From assembly GCA_001949185.1 (NCBI GenBank), contig BDGG01000004.1, positions 3,567,777 to 3,631,776 on the forward strand: a stretch of DNA of 64,000 nt, written 5' to 3'. Position 1 is the stretch's first letter, and each line of letters opens with the position of its first letter. Below the pieces are notes generated by a model. That model did no database searches, had not been told where the DNA came from, and saw only the letters and a list, made by a program, of their open reading frames with translations. Shown here in pieces: positions 36,915-52,100 of the stretch. The translations under genes and the position numbers were made by a program. Source of the stretch: Ramazzottius varieornatus (taxonomy: Eukaryota > Animalia > Tardigrada).

Positions 36915-39900
36915 CCACCCGCTCGTTGGTCAGATGAACAAGAGATCCCGCGGAGAGACAAACGTTGTCCTGTCAGCTGGATTTAGCGTCTGCAACAACA
37001 ACAAAATTTAAAAAAACACATTGACAAAAACAAAATTAGTTACTCTGACGTTTCGCTTGTATACGCGTATAGAAGCCTGATGTGCAGAGAGGACCTCTAC
37101 TGAGATATTCTCCAAACTACTGCGTATGCGGAGTTTTAAAACCTGCGAGAAGATCGGGCCGGATCGGCAGCGTGCTTAATGTACGCCAGATCTAGGTCAG
37201 CTGTCAAGGCCCATGTGCGCACAGTAATGCCAGTTGAGACATAAGACGCATATAGCGTGACTCGATCGTGAGATACATTGATGAGAACGTCCTTGTCCCT
37301 GTCCCTGTCCCAGGGTTTCTCCTCTGCTCGTTTCGATTGTTATACGAGGAAATCCTGCAAGTCTAGAGAGGAATTCAGTGCATCATACATGAACAAAGCT
37401 CTGTCTTCTTAAGAACTATGGATCGCAGTTGATGTTGCATGCTGGGACCAAGCTAGGGTTCTGCCTGACGATCCCTTACCTTGCTCAGCTTTGCAGAAAG
37501 TCCCGTTTCAATCCCAGGACGGAAGCTAAGAGCTCCAAAGACGATGTTGATCCTGTTAGGTGATGGCGTTGCGGAAGAGTTCAACTTTGGAAGTGATGAG
37601 AATGGCAGACACCAGATGGAAAACTAAAATCGATTCAGCGAGACATCAACGCGTTGAATGAACTCCGGCAAGGACGTTGCGTCACGTAAGTGCATACATC
37701 TCTCGGTCCCGCCTACAGCCATTACCGTATATAACATGACATAATCGGGTAATGCTGTCAGGTAAGGACGACCCCGCACAACGCCACGCGGACGACGCGA
37801 TCTCGCGATTTCATTCCTCCTCGCACACAACTTTCTTTTCTGATCAAATCATCGAGGAGCACAGGTAAAGAAAATGACATTACTCATATCGTAGTGCTGG
37901 AACATAAAATTTTTGTGTTGCAGAACGGGAGCGAGCTCGCCAAGTTGCGGTCGTGAATTCCTGCTTGTTCTGGTTTCAGGCTGCGGATTCTGTCGGTACT
38001 CTTCCGCGATCCTCACGAACAAATTACGTACGTACACCTTGCGCGTCGCAGAATACCCTCCAAGCTTACTTTTCTTCGCTGTATAGTGTATACTCGGTCA
38101 TTTATAGCGTGACGGAAACGATATCGATAGGATCAGCGAACAAGACCGGTTCTCAAGCATGCACCTTATCTATGGCTCCACAGCGTGCTGCGTACATAAG
38201 CGATTCAGTGTGTTACAACCTTCGAGCTTCAATATTGGTGGAACAGATCTTTCAAGACTTGTCTCGTTATAGGTTCATTTGCGCATGAGGCTCTTCCGGC
38301 TAGATAACAAGGCTTTACAAGACAGACTGTGCAAGACGATCTTCTCCAAGAGGAAGTCTTCAAACAGGTAAGACATGCAGTTTCCCGAATTCTGAAATTC
38401 GTAATCTTGAATCGGTGTGGAAAGAAGTCTCATAGCACGCGCAATCATAAAACTATTTATAATAATTATCTTATCAGACAACCAGCATTACAGTTCTCCA
38501 ACATACCTGAAGACCATGCAAGACCTTGAACTTTTTTATTCACCGTAAATCGTGCATGACTCGTATTTCCAAGCAGGCTGAAGCTCGAACCGCACTAACA
38601 GTGTACAACAGCTTACACTACTTCTCGGGTCGCAAATATGACTGTGTTTCCAAATTCAGCTGTCTAGATTTCATAAGGGAAAAGGTTTTTCACCTAGACT
38701 GAATCAAAATAAAAGTGACCTTTCTAACAGAGAGCTCGAGAATGCGTTTCCTCAGAAATACTACGTAGTACGTAACTTCCCTCACCGGTGAATATAGCCT
38801 GCGATGGGAGACATTTTATCTATCGCAGCAACTTTCTTACAAAGTCGGGCTCGAACAAGACACACAGAGAGAACTTTCGCCAACCAACATCCATCATTTG
38901 CAACAGGACATTCCGCTAACTGTGGTAGTTTGACACGTACTAAGCTCAGTGACCTTTACGATTAGAGTAAAATGCAGCGCTTCCCACGTACATGCGGCGG
39001 ATACCCACAGTCCACCATGCCTGTCAAGTGAGATATCCCGGAAAGAGTACCCTAAATTATAGCGGAAGAACCGGAGTTTTTGCTTCGGAGATGAGTGGCT
39101 TCGAGTACGTGTGTTGCAGACGAGCACAAAGTGGATGGGCAAACGTCGTCGAAGTTCCGTAGATCCTCGTTCGACCACACGTCGTAATTGTCATCTTTTG
39201 AAGTACCTGGACCACGTAAATACGTAAATACCCAGGCATTTATAATTGCGACCACAGATTCCTATATCGCAAATACGTAATAACTGAAATGACGCAAGTC
39301 GCATGTTGACTGCAAGAAAGCAATACCCGGAATTATCCTTCCGCAGGACGTGCTGCCCGCAGTTTCAGAATACAAGATTATCATACATCCTCAAATGTTT
39401 TGAAACAAGCTGTTCTGAATATTAGTATGCGAATTTTTACCGTACCAGAGTATGTTCTCAACTTCCCAGCATACTTCAGTGACCTTTCTTTGGTATACGT
39501 AGTTCCCTTATGAATACGAATCTCCTCTACTGACTACCGAAATTATCGGATTGTTCGTGAACTAATATGCCCTGTGGTTTACCCCAGCACAGGAAAGAAT
39601 CATGGGCCATGGCATTGAATATCAGCGGGGACCGAATGAAAGGGTGCGTCGTACAGTACAACGTGTGCCGCATGACGAACCGAGCAGTAAGCGCGAGTGT
39701 ACGAGTACGCTCTTCGATACGCGGCATGTGGATATGTAAACATCACGTTTTACGCGCAGACTATCATTCGACGGAATACTTAGTGCCAGCTAAGAAATTT
39801 CGATAGGTCCACGCTCAGTACGGTACGATATCGACCGCGGTGATCTGTATAGCGTTTAGACTACATCGCAGATGCGCAACTGTTTGTTAACTCACAGCTT

Positions 39901-41481
39901 TCTACGCACTACTCAGGACGTTCTAATGAGCCAGGTGCCTTCCAGTACTTTCCGAGGCATCTGATCTGAGATTCTCTATTCCAGTACGTTTCTTAGTGAC
40001 CCGGAAACATGTCCATGACAGGTACGTTTGTTCTACCAGATTCCCGTTGACTGCGCGAAAGTTGGCTCATCCGTCTTCTTCGCAGTAGTTGTGACGGTAG
40101 CCTAATCCGAATATCCGCGTTAAATAATTTTCCATATCTTTGATTTCGGCAAATCAGCTGTCCGACCTCCTCTTTCGAAAACAAAACTCCGGGATCACGC
40201 ATAGGTCTTTATTGAGGTGAAATTAATCTCAAAGTAGTTAAAATACATGGTTGGTGTGCATTACATTGTATGGTACAAGTTGGGCTGTAGACCGGTTATT
40301 AGCGCTACGACGAAACGTGCTTCTGTAGCTTAGAACGCGGAACAAGCTAAATTTCTCAGTTGTCAGAAATATATCTAGGACAGTTCTCCGGGGTTCATGT
40401 ACGGTGATGTTTAGCGAAAACTTTTGTTGTGTATTATGATTATCATGGGTGAGGAATGCCGGGACAGACGAGAACTCCGATCAATCGGTGGAAAAGGTCA
40501 CCATCTTGCAAGCATTACAGTAATGTCGAATCGCCGGAACTTTCTAGTTCTTGTAGCTTCTGATTGTGAACATTGTGGCTTTAAGTACATGGGCTTTGCC
40601 TACTTCACCCGTGAAGAATATTCGTCGTAGCATTCAGGAGATAATTTTGTGGTCTAACAAATCAGGGCGGCTACTACGACGGTTATGGCAAAGTAATGGG
40701 AAAAGCCACACCTAAATCCCCATCAACGAAGAATTGATCTTCGGCCGAAACCAACCTATTCAACGACATGACCTTTCTCAAGACGTCCTGAGCTAACTTC
40801 CCTTTTGCAAAAAGTCATCAGGCACAAATACTAGCTTCTGGCTGGCAGCTAAATCTGTGCCTTGACTTCCCGAGAAACGTCTTTGTGTTGATTAAGTTCC
40901 CACATTTTTCTTCCAAAACATGTGTTCTAGTACGAGCTGGTCATACCGAATATTCACGAAACCGTCTTACAACAAACTGCACCTAGCCAATTCCCACAAA
41001 GATCGGTCTTGGCCTGGGACGAATCCTCATTCTGAACCCCTTTCAAAGTTTTTAAATTCCAGTTTTTTGCCGTTCTGGGGCTTTGACTGACCGTGTCCAA
41101 CCAGTCCAGTAGTCGAGGCTGGTCGAGGCTGTAGTAAAGTTTTGCAACTTGATTTGAAGTCACGCACTGAGCAGTACGTATTATCGGCTGTGAACTTTTG
41201 ATTCACATGGACCAGCAAGATGCACTGGTTGCCCTTCGGCACCGCATTCAATATTTATGTCGTACATGTTTCAAGCTTACTAAGCTGCTAACTGTTAACG
41301 TTACGAGGCGCGGTTGGGTACTCGAAGCAGACAGTAAAATGGCTTTCTACCGTATGTACCATTCAACCTGATAGATAAGTCCGTGTGTCTGTGACTCTGT
41401 GTGCGATGAAGTGGATATGCCGTACAGCATACACATAACCACATTTTACCCATGCTGTAGGTTAATTTGCTGAAGAAAAAC

Positions 41482-43611
41482 ATGAGTGTCACCGGGATGA
41501 GTATCAAGAGGAAGAAAACTTCCGACAGAGTGTCTGACCCTGTTGAAGAGACGATTGAGGAAGTGGTTGTGCGTTCTGTCACGGAAGCTTCAGGTCATGT
41601 TGCGCATAGCACCGCCGTGATGCCTTCATCGTCTGCGCAAAGCCAGAGACAAATTACTGGACCACCACGCCGGAAAGGCAAGAGTAGCAACGGAGGGACG
41701 TCACAGCCAACCAATGGGACAAATCCACCAACGCGCACCTCGTCCATTGATTTCCCACTCAACGGTAAAGCCAAGACTACTGAAAAGTCTCCGCCGAGGA
41801 CTACCACAACCGCCGCAAAGTCTCCTGTCTCAGCTAATAAGCGTCTGACAACTTCCGCTGACTCGGCACCTTCATCGAGCTCCTCTCTGACGTCACACGG
41901 AAAAGCTTCCTCCATTTCTGCTGTTGCCCATCCGCTGACGAACGGTTCGGGTACCTTGACGAACGGAAAATCGAGGAAGAGAACGATCAGCGAACCCGCT
42001 TCTCCGGTGGGAACGACGAAGAAGGCAGCGAAGAAACCGAAAGTGGAGGAAAAGCCTTCGAGTTCCTGTCCGACGTTGAGTGTGGTACACCCGCAGCAAC
42101 GCCGGTCTCCGCATGCAACTCTGCCGACCAAGCCTCCGACGGATAAATTATCTGGTTTACTTGCCAAGAGGAAGAAACGTTCGCATGAAGAGGTATTGTT
42201 GCTCGATGATCCGCCCCAAAGGCCACCCACACAGACTAATCCCAGGCCGCGTCCTGCCAACACTGCCCACAAACTGGAGAAACTGATGCGCAAGAAAGAA
42301 GCCAATTCTCCCTGGACTTGGAAAGGAAAACCTTTTACCAAACTACTCTACTCAGCGGTACGTAATCTTAATATGAAAGCGAGATGTTTGAAAGTAGGAA
42401 AAGGCATAATGATAAACGAGAATTGGGCAAATGAGTTGAACCAGATCGTTTTCTCGAGTGGCGCACACTTACAGTCAATATCACCAGAACCGCGCGCCAC
42501 TTGAGATAACGATCTGGCGCAGTTGACTTACGTCGCAATTTGTTTTTCCGGAACCGGAATCGAAAAATAAAAGTTCAACATTTGGTTTAAAATAAGAAAA
42601 AAGTTAAATAACATGTTTACGTATATTTTCTTTGTAGGAAGAGAAGCGGAATATAGAGCGTTCTTGCCACCATGCCATCAAGCACACAGATGGAGAAGTG
42701 ATCAAAGTTGGCGATTGTGTCCTACTGCGCGCGGCCAAAGGACAACAGAAGCCTCATATTGGCAAAATTGCCTGCTTCTGGGACAGCGAACGAGGTGATT
42801 AAACTATTAATTGCCTCCCTTCGTCAGAATTTGCCTATATTGCGACATTACAACCCCTAACCTTCGAACCTTCTGTTCAGGAGAAATGATGATGACTATT
42901 TTTTGGTATTGGCGACCTGAGGAAGTCCCCGAAAAATTCCGCGTTCCACATGGGGAAATGGAAGTTTTCGTCTCGAGTCTGCGCGATGACAACTTCGTCA
43001 GCTGCATCGAGGAGAAATGCTTCGTTCTCACCCTCCATCAGTATGCGAGGTATTTTGACAGGCTGTTTATCTCGTTATCATAATCGATATGATGATAACT
43101 GTCAATTGTCACACGACGGTCGACTCCCTCTTTTTATCAGGCGCCAGGAAGAAACAGGCTAAACTAAACCGAAAATATAATTTAGACTACGTTTTCTAGG
43201 TTCAAGGCCGCATCAAAAGACTACGATACTGTCTATCACAGACCTCTGGAAGCTTTTGTACCTGAACTCGTCTCGTCCATTAACCTGAAAGAATCCCTCC
43301 CGGCTAGCAACATCGACGAGCAGGTGAGCAGAGGACCTCGGCAAACGAACTTACCCAGATCGGATTTTGAAGTGACGCACATTCTCTGCCAATAACAATG
43401 GGAACGTGCGCCATTCGACAAACGATCTGGGAGTATTGTCTCGAATATCTTCATACGTAAACACCCAGTTCTGTTTTGATACGTGAAAATCTAACTTAAA
43501 GTATACTTTCAGATTGTTTATTTTGCGAATCTGGGGTTCGAAGCAAAGTCTAACCGCTTCTGGAGATATTACTTCCGCTCGAATCGACTACGGAAATATT
43601 ACCTTGATTGA
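41482..43611 (+). CDS. BAH-domain protein, BAHD1-like (exons 41482-42357, 42638-42794, 42881-43049, 43200-43323, 43513-43611; may extend upstream via the acceptor at 41460)
   Basis: Long disordered S/T/K-rich region, then GEVIKVGDCVLL...PHIGKIACFW...GEMMMTIFWYWRPE...EVFVS...VSCIEEKCFVLT..QYARF, typical of the C-terminal BAH domain of BAHD1. Confidence 0.8.
42416..42535. mobile_element. Family A palindromic element (BAH gene intron 1)
   Basis: CCAGATCGTTTTCTCGAGTGGCGC-N29-GCGCCACTTGAGATAACGATCTGG. Confidence 0.85.
43330..43450. mobile_element. Family A palindromic element (BAH gene last intron)
   Basis: CTCGGCAAACGAAC..CCCAGATCG..GAAGTGACGC-N29-GCGCCATTCGACAAACGATCTGGG. Confidence 0.8.
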
Positions 43612-44182
43612 TGCGAGCTCGAACCAAACTCCAAACTTTCACTAGAGTGTCCCACAGGAAAAGTCCGTCTTCGCAACGGTTTCTCGTCACTACACTGGCT
43701 TTCACAAATGAGCGGAACACCCTCGAAAAATTTTCCAACGTACCATTATAAAGGTTCCAGCTGCTCGACGGTGAAGTTACGCACCGGTCGAACACTATTA
43801 TTTTTCGAATATCAACTGTGATCTGATTTAGCTTTCAATTTCTTTTCCTTCGAGGTCCACACCAGATACTGCTGCTGTCGTTTTGCAGTACCCTATCAAA
43901 CATTTTATGCAACACTAGTGGATTTTCGGTCGACAAATTTTGATGTAATTATCGGCGACCTAACAATTCCGGTGTCGCGCACTTGTCTTTGCTATTTTGA
44001 TTATTTTACGTGTTTCGTACCGCACCGCACCGCGCCGTACTCTCGCAAGTATCCGCCTTTTCATGGGCTGCAAAGACGCCATTTGCTTCGCGGCTGCAAG
44101 TGGAATTTTGGGAGAGCAAAATACTATTGTACCGGATAAATAAAATGAGTGAAAGCTAGAGCGCAATCGGTAAGAGGTAAAG

Positions 44183-46895
<2,713 letters not shown>

Positions 46896-48141
46896 TTACA
46901 GTTCCTCCGTCCACTGTACTAGACGTCTAGAAGACGAACACGTATACGAAGAGATAATGATATAAGAAATGAGTCCAGCAGATCTTGGCGTGTACTTGAC
47001 AGGATAGTTCCGCCGTCAGCGTTCCGAAGGATAGATGGTTCGGGAGATCAACCCATTGTTCTCAGAGTATGTAGAAGATAAAGTCGATTATGCTCTCTGG
47101 ACTTCGGCAGTGCAGTGCAGTTTGTTTCCACCAGCAGTCCAGAAAAATTAAGCTGACATGGTGTCGTGTCATGTCATATGAATTTAGGTTAGCACAGGTG
47201 GAGCTATTAATCGCAATCTCAGATTCGTTTTTTTCTGTGGCGTGGAAGTTGGCACTCATGGTTCCCTGTGCCTATCCGTATTTTGTTACATATTGCTTCT
47301 GAGCTTCCTCGTCTACTGGACTGTCTGCATGCTGAATCTCGATACTTTGCGGTAAGTTTCACAAAAAGTCTGGTTGTTGACGCAGAAGGAGCCATACGTC
47401 GCCTTGTTTCCCAGGATGCAGTGATCAAACTGACGGAAACGCGGACAACCCTTTGTTTCAAGACGCTGCAGCGCGGTGTTACGCTGGACTGGTGCAAACT
47501 CTTCCAAAACTTTCGCTGTAGAGTGGGAACCGTTGCGCGCTGAGGTTCAAAAGGACACCTGTTTTCTACGGCAGGACTACTCCGTATTTGAATTGGTGAG
47601 TGACTTTGGTTGTCATTAGTACCCGTGAGAAATCTGTCTAAGGGGTGATGCCTTTTTTCTCCGGTCTGAGAATCCTGGATCCACTGATCCACGAAGAGAA
47701 CGAGTCTTTTCTGCCGGTTGTACTGAGCTGCGTAATTCGGCCTAGATCAACGAACGACGAACATGTCATACAGAATAAATTTTCGGTCTGAATTATGTTG
47801 GTGAGCTGTTGAGATAAAAAGCCATCGGGACTTCTGGTTATCGATCGGAAGGGATCAGTCAAAGAGTAAAATCTATCGTTATTGATACGTACTATTCAAC
47901 CAACACGGATGCTGCTTCTAGTCAAGTCTTCCGTTGCTGGTGGAACTTGTATCATTCATCAAGCGCGGTTGGCAGATTGAAGCTCATTGAGTTTGTTACT
48001 TTGTCGTCAAACCCCGAGGGAAGCGAGGATGCACTTGCTTTCACTTTACACAGATGTGTTTTCTTTAGCTTTCAAGTTCGTCCCATGTTATACTATTAGT
48101 CTAGCCCTTGTATTTTGCATCTTGCAGGGTTTACAGTCAAT

Positions 48142-48694
48142 ATGGAGAACAAGGTTCCCGGAGAAACCCCGGAGGCTCAGTCTAGTACTCCGCAAAAATC
48201 CAGCGTCCCTGCTGACAGCGTCCCGCGTACTCCAGAGACCAGTGAAGAAGCTGCCATGGCTGAGTTCCGGCGCAAGCACCCCGACTTAGCAGCCGGTAAA
48301 TTTTTCGGGGGAATTTTTGCTGTAAATGTTAGTTTTGTGAAAAGCTCTTCCGGAGTGCCCCAAGTGGCGCAAGCTGTCAGTGTTACTGGTTGGAAGCATG
48401 CGTCACTTGGAAATGGATTTTGTCGAGCTCCCAAATGTTTTTGCTGAGATGGATTTTCTTACAGGTCCTGCGAATATTCTTCAAAGAAAGATGCGATTGG
48501 AGCGCGGGCACAAGTACTTCGATTCTGGAGACTATAACATGGCCAAGGCCAAGTCCGCGAAGGAAGGTGTGACGTTAGGACCAAAGCTGACAGAGGAGCT
48601 GGACACTGTGGGAGAGGACCATCCCACTCCGGATACCATTCCGCACAAGAAGTACCCTCCTATCTCTGGCGTCAGTAAACTAGCGCAAATTTGA
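48142..48694 (+). CDS. ENSA: Endosulfine / ARPP-19 family PP2A-B55 inhibitor (exons 48142-48295, 48465-48694)
   Basis: KYFDSGDYNMAKA Greatwall motif, HPTPDTIP and SKLA motifs. Confidence 0.93.
48335..48433. mobile_element. Family A palindromic element (ENSA intron)
   Basis: CCCCAAGTGGCGC-N29-GCGTCACTTGGAAA...TTGTCGAGCTCCCA. Confidence 0.75.
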
Positions 48695-49174
48695 TGCCTT
48701 CAGACTTTCTTAGAAATCTGCAAACTACAGTACTTTCCTATTTTTGCCTTCGTTCCAGTTGGTTCAATGCATGTCCCGCTAGTCTCACACCTCAGACCAA
48801 CTCTTCTCCGTTAGTCATCGAAAACTAGCCAACATTCAGAGCTGTTTTCTTAAATGCGCTCCTCGAAAACTTTCTGCTGTTTCCATAGTTGTTCTCCGAA
48901 CTGGTTTCCGTTTCGCTAAAAGTGTTACTTATTACTTTTGTATATGTCCTTTCTCTTTATTCTTAGACGATATTTCATTTGGAGTTCGTTGAATCTTCGC
49001 GCTTAGGTATTGCTAACTCGGATAACACAAATTTTGTTATTATGCACAAGACCTGAAAAACATATTCACTATTAGCCTAGATTGCTTCGAGACCGAAGGA
49101 CAGAAATGCAAACCACGGCAGTTGACGAACTATAGTTTAAAGAGATAAATTAAAGAGATTTAAAGGAAATTTCT

Positions 49175-52100
49175 TTACGGCGCTTTGGTCACGGAAATTA
49201 AGCCTTCCTTGAGATCAGCTTCCTCGTCGGTGCACATGGGAGGATTCACATAGCCAAAGACGTTATATTCGATCATGACGGCCAGCAGTAAATATATACC
49301 ATAAGTGCCGTAAAAGATCATCCCTAACTGTCTTGTTAGCCTCCACCCTTGAGAACGGAAACCGACGTTCGCGACCACGACGCTGAAGAACAACAGCACG
49401 GCGTTAAAGACCAGACCGTTACTGTTAATCTTCACCTGCAGCAAGAACAAACAAAACTCGGTTGGCTTATGTAATCGGGTACGAAAAGGTGTTTCGGTCA
49501 AATGGAAAACTTACCGCTGTACCGGGGTAAATGATGGCACAGCTGAGAAACCAAGGTAAGGCCAGTCCAATGAGAATGTCGAACACATTACTACCGATGC
49601 TGTTGCTGACTGCCATGTCTACCATCCCTTGACGTGCGACGATCAAGCTGGCCATCTGAATCAGACGAATACCGATGTCCAGTCTGCATCAGGGGGTACT
49701 AGAGAATCAATTAAAGTCAGTACGAACCGCATCGGGGATACTTGTTCCAGCTGCGAGAAACGTGATTCCCATGATGGAGTCTGGTATGGCCAGGGTGTGG
49801 CCCACTACGGTCACCTGAAACAGTCATGCGGAAGTCAGATGTAACATTCGCCCCACTACGGCTTCCACTGTGGCTGGGGAATCTGATAACCCTTGACTTA
49901 CCATCCAGACCATTATGTAGCTGAAAACGGCTATCCATGCTATTGAGATGCCAAAGGTAGCCAGGTACCTGGAAAGTAGAGAATTCATCTAGGAGAGTCC
50001 TCAGACAAAATCTACTCTGTGAACTGTTCGTAGAAAGCCCTTACCATTTTGCGAAGCGTTCTTTCTTCGAATCGGGAATAGTGTAATAAAGTACGAAGTA
50101 GATGGGATAAAGTATTATCCAGCGCGCGAAAGCCGGGTACCCGGCACCAGGTTGTGGTCGGATCCTCCACTTCTCGAACTCGTCAGATATTACTTCGAAA
50201 GAACGCGCTCTGTCAACAAAAATTTGATCAAGAGACAGAAGTTTGTGACACGTTTTGTACAAAAACCCTCAAAAGCTAGACATGACAAATGTAGAAGACA
50301 AATTTGAGGTCTTTCGCTTACGCTCGAAATTTCCCTCTGTTTGTCTCGTTTATTCGCGCTTCGGTCCCGTAATCACTATCCAAGCTATGGTTCGCGGCAT
50401 TACTGAATGTAGCGGCGATTCTGCCTCGTCTCTTCTCATGTGCGTGGACTTGGTTCTGAGTGGAAATGAGTCCAACATTAGTTTTGCTAACGAATACGGA
50501 TTACGGACGATCGAGCGAACAGTCACGGACCTCTCCTATGACAAAGCGGGCAGCTGCAATAAATCGGGTCCGAGGATAGAAGTATCGCGGCGACATCATT
50601 ATTCGTAATGCGGCATTTGCGAACGTCAACCTGCGAAGTTAAAAATTGCAGAGGCCGCCACATCGAACAATCAGATTATGCGTCCTACTTTCTTGGATTC
50701 CGGCGAATCCTTTCGTCGGCTGCCACCGTTATGGAAGAAGGTTTCTGGGAGGCCATCGGCGTTTCGTCCGTTTCGTTTGTGAATTGTTCTGAGAAATTGA
50801 TCCGAAAAATGCTCACACAGAACGTATGTTTCGGAAGACCAGAAGGGGATCCACATACCATAGCCGCTATAGACGATCTTATTGAAGCGTCCACCACCGC
50901 CAGCGAGTCTTTCCGTTTCTTCGATGCCTTGAACGGGACCTGTCCAGCCAGTCTTTTGCACCACAAAGTTGTAGATCCTTGTGTTGTACCTGGATTATTC
51001 ATGAGATGCTGAGATGATGTGTATTCTGGTACGTGTCGAGAAACCCACAGAACTTATGCTCGAAGGCCGGTCGTGGCAACTTTGTGGGGAACTGAGAACT
51101 TACAGCATTGTAACGACATACAATCCGTAGAGCATCAGCATGATGAGCGATTCGTACCTGCGAAGAGAAAGAAAAGAGTCCGAGGACTATTGTGCGGTGA
51201 ACTCCTGAGTTCTTTGGAAGCTAAAGGAAAGACTCACCATGTGACGTATCCGTCATGGAGCGCCTGAAAACACAGGGGATAATAATTATTCTACTGTATA
51301 TTCCGGACGAAACCTATGGGATAAAATTGTCGGATATACGTTTTGAACTTACTCCGATTAGCACAGCAATGGAAATCCAGTAGAATCCAGTATCTCTGAT
51401 GATCGGCCACCAAGACAGCTGAGCTCCCTGGAAAAAAAAGTTAACTAACCATTGTTTCCTGCGTACTTAAGTCTGTCATATTCGATTTCCGGCTCCACTT
51501 AAGTCTCGTAAATCTCGTAAAGTGTGTTAGTCTTCAAGATGAATTATTTGAGAAATACCTCATTTCCGGCGAAGAAGGCACATGTTCCCACCACAAACAT
51601 AATGTTGAATACAGCCGAACCCACTATTGTACCCGTTCCTACATCTCCCTTTGCCACGAACACTCCTGCAAAAATATCCATTCACGTTAGACCAAAAGTT
51701 ACAGCGACAGCTACCACCAAGGCATCAAGAGCCCTCGTGGAAAATTTTACTGAATCAGTCTGAATGCAACGGCAAATCTTACCGATCAGGCTGGCGAATA
51801 GCTCAGGCGCGGAACTTCCGGCTAACACAAGCATCCGTTCATTGTATCAACATCCGGACGTATTCAGCGGTACGAGAAATCAGTTTTTACCTGCCATCAG
51901 TGTTGCTCCAGCTACATCTTCGCTAAGATTCAACCTCTGTGAGAAATGCCATTCTATGTTAGATTTCGGAGATAGTGCGCGATATTATAAAAGTACCACA
52001 ATGCGGCGTACCTTGCAGACCTGTTCCAGACTACCGCAAAAGTAATCGTCGCACACGATAGCAAGACTCACAAACATGTAAACCACTACGGAAAGATGAA

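Noticed and set aside
37850-41450. Short ORFs between eIF4G2 and the BAH gene
   Set aside because: No recognisable domains or consistent exon chain. Probably promoter, UTR or intergenic DNA.
41595-42341. 248-aa antisense ORF
   Set aside because: Shadow of the low-complexity first exon of the BAH gene.
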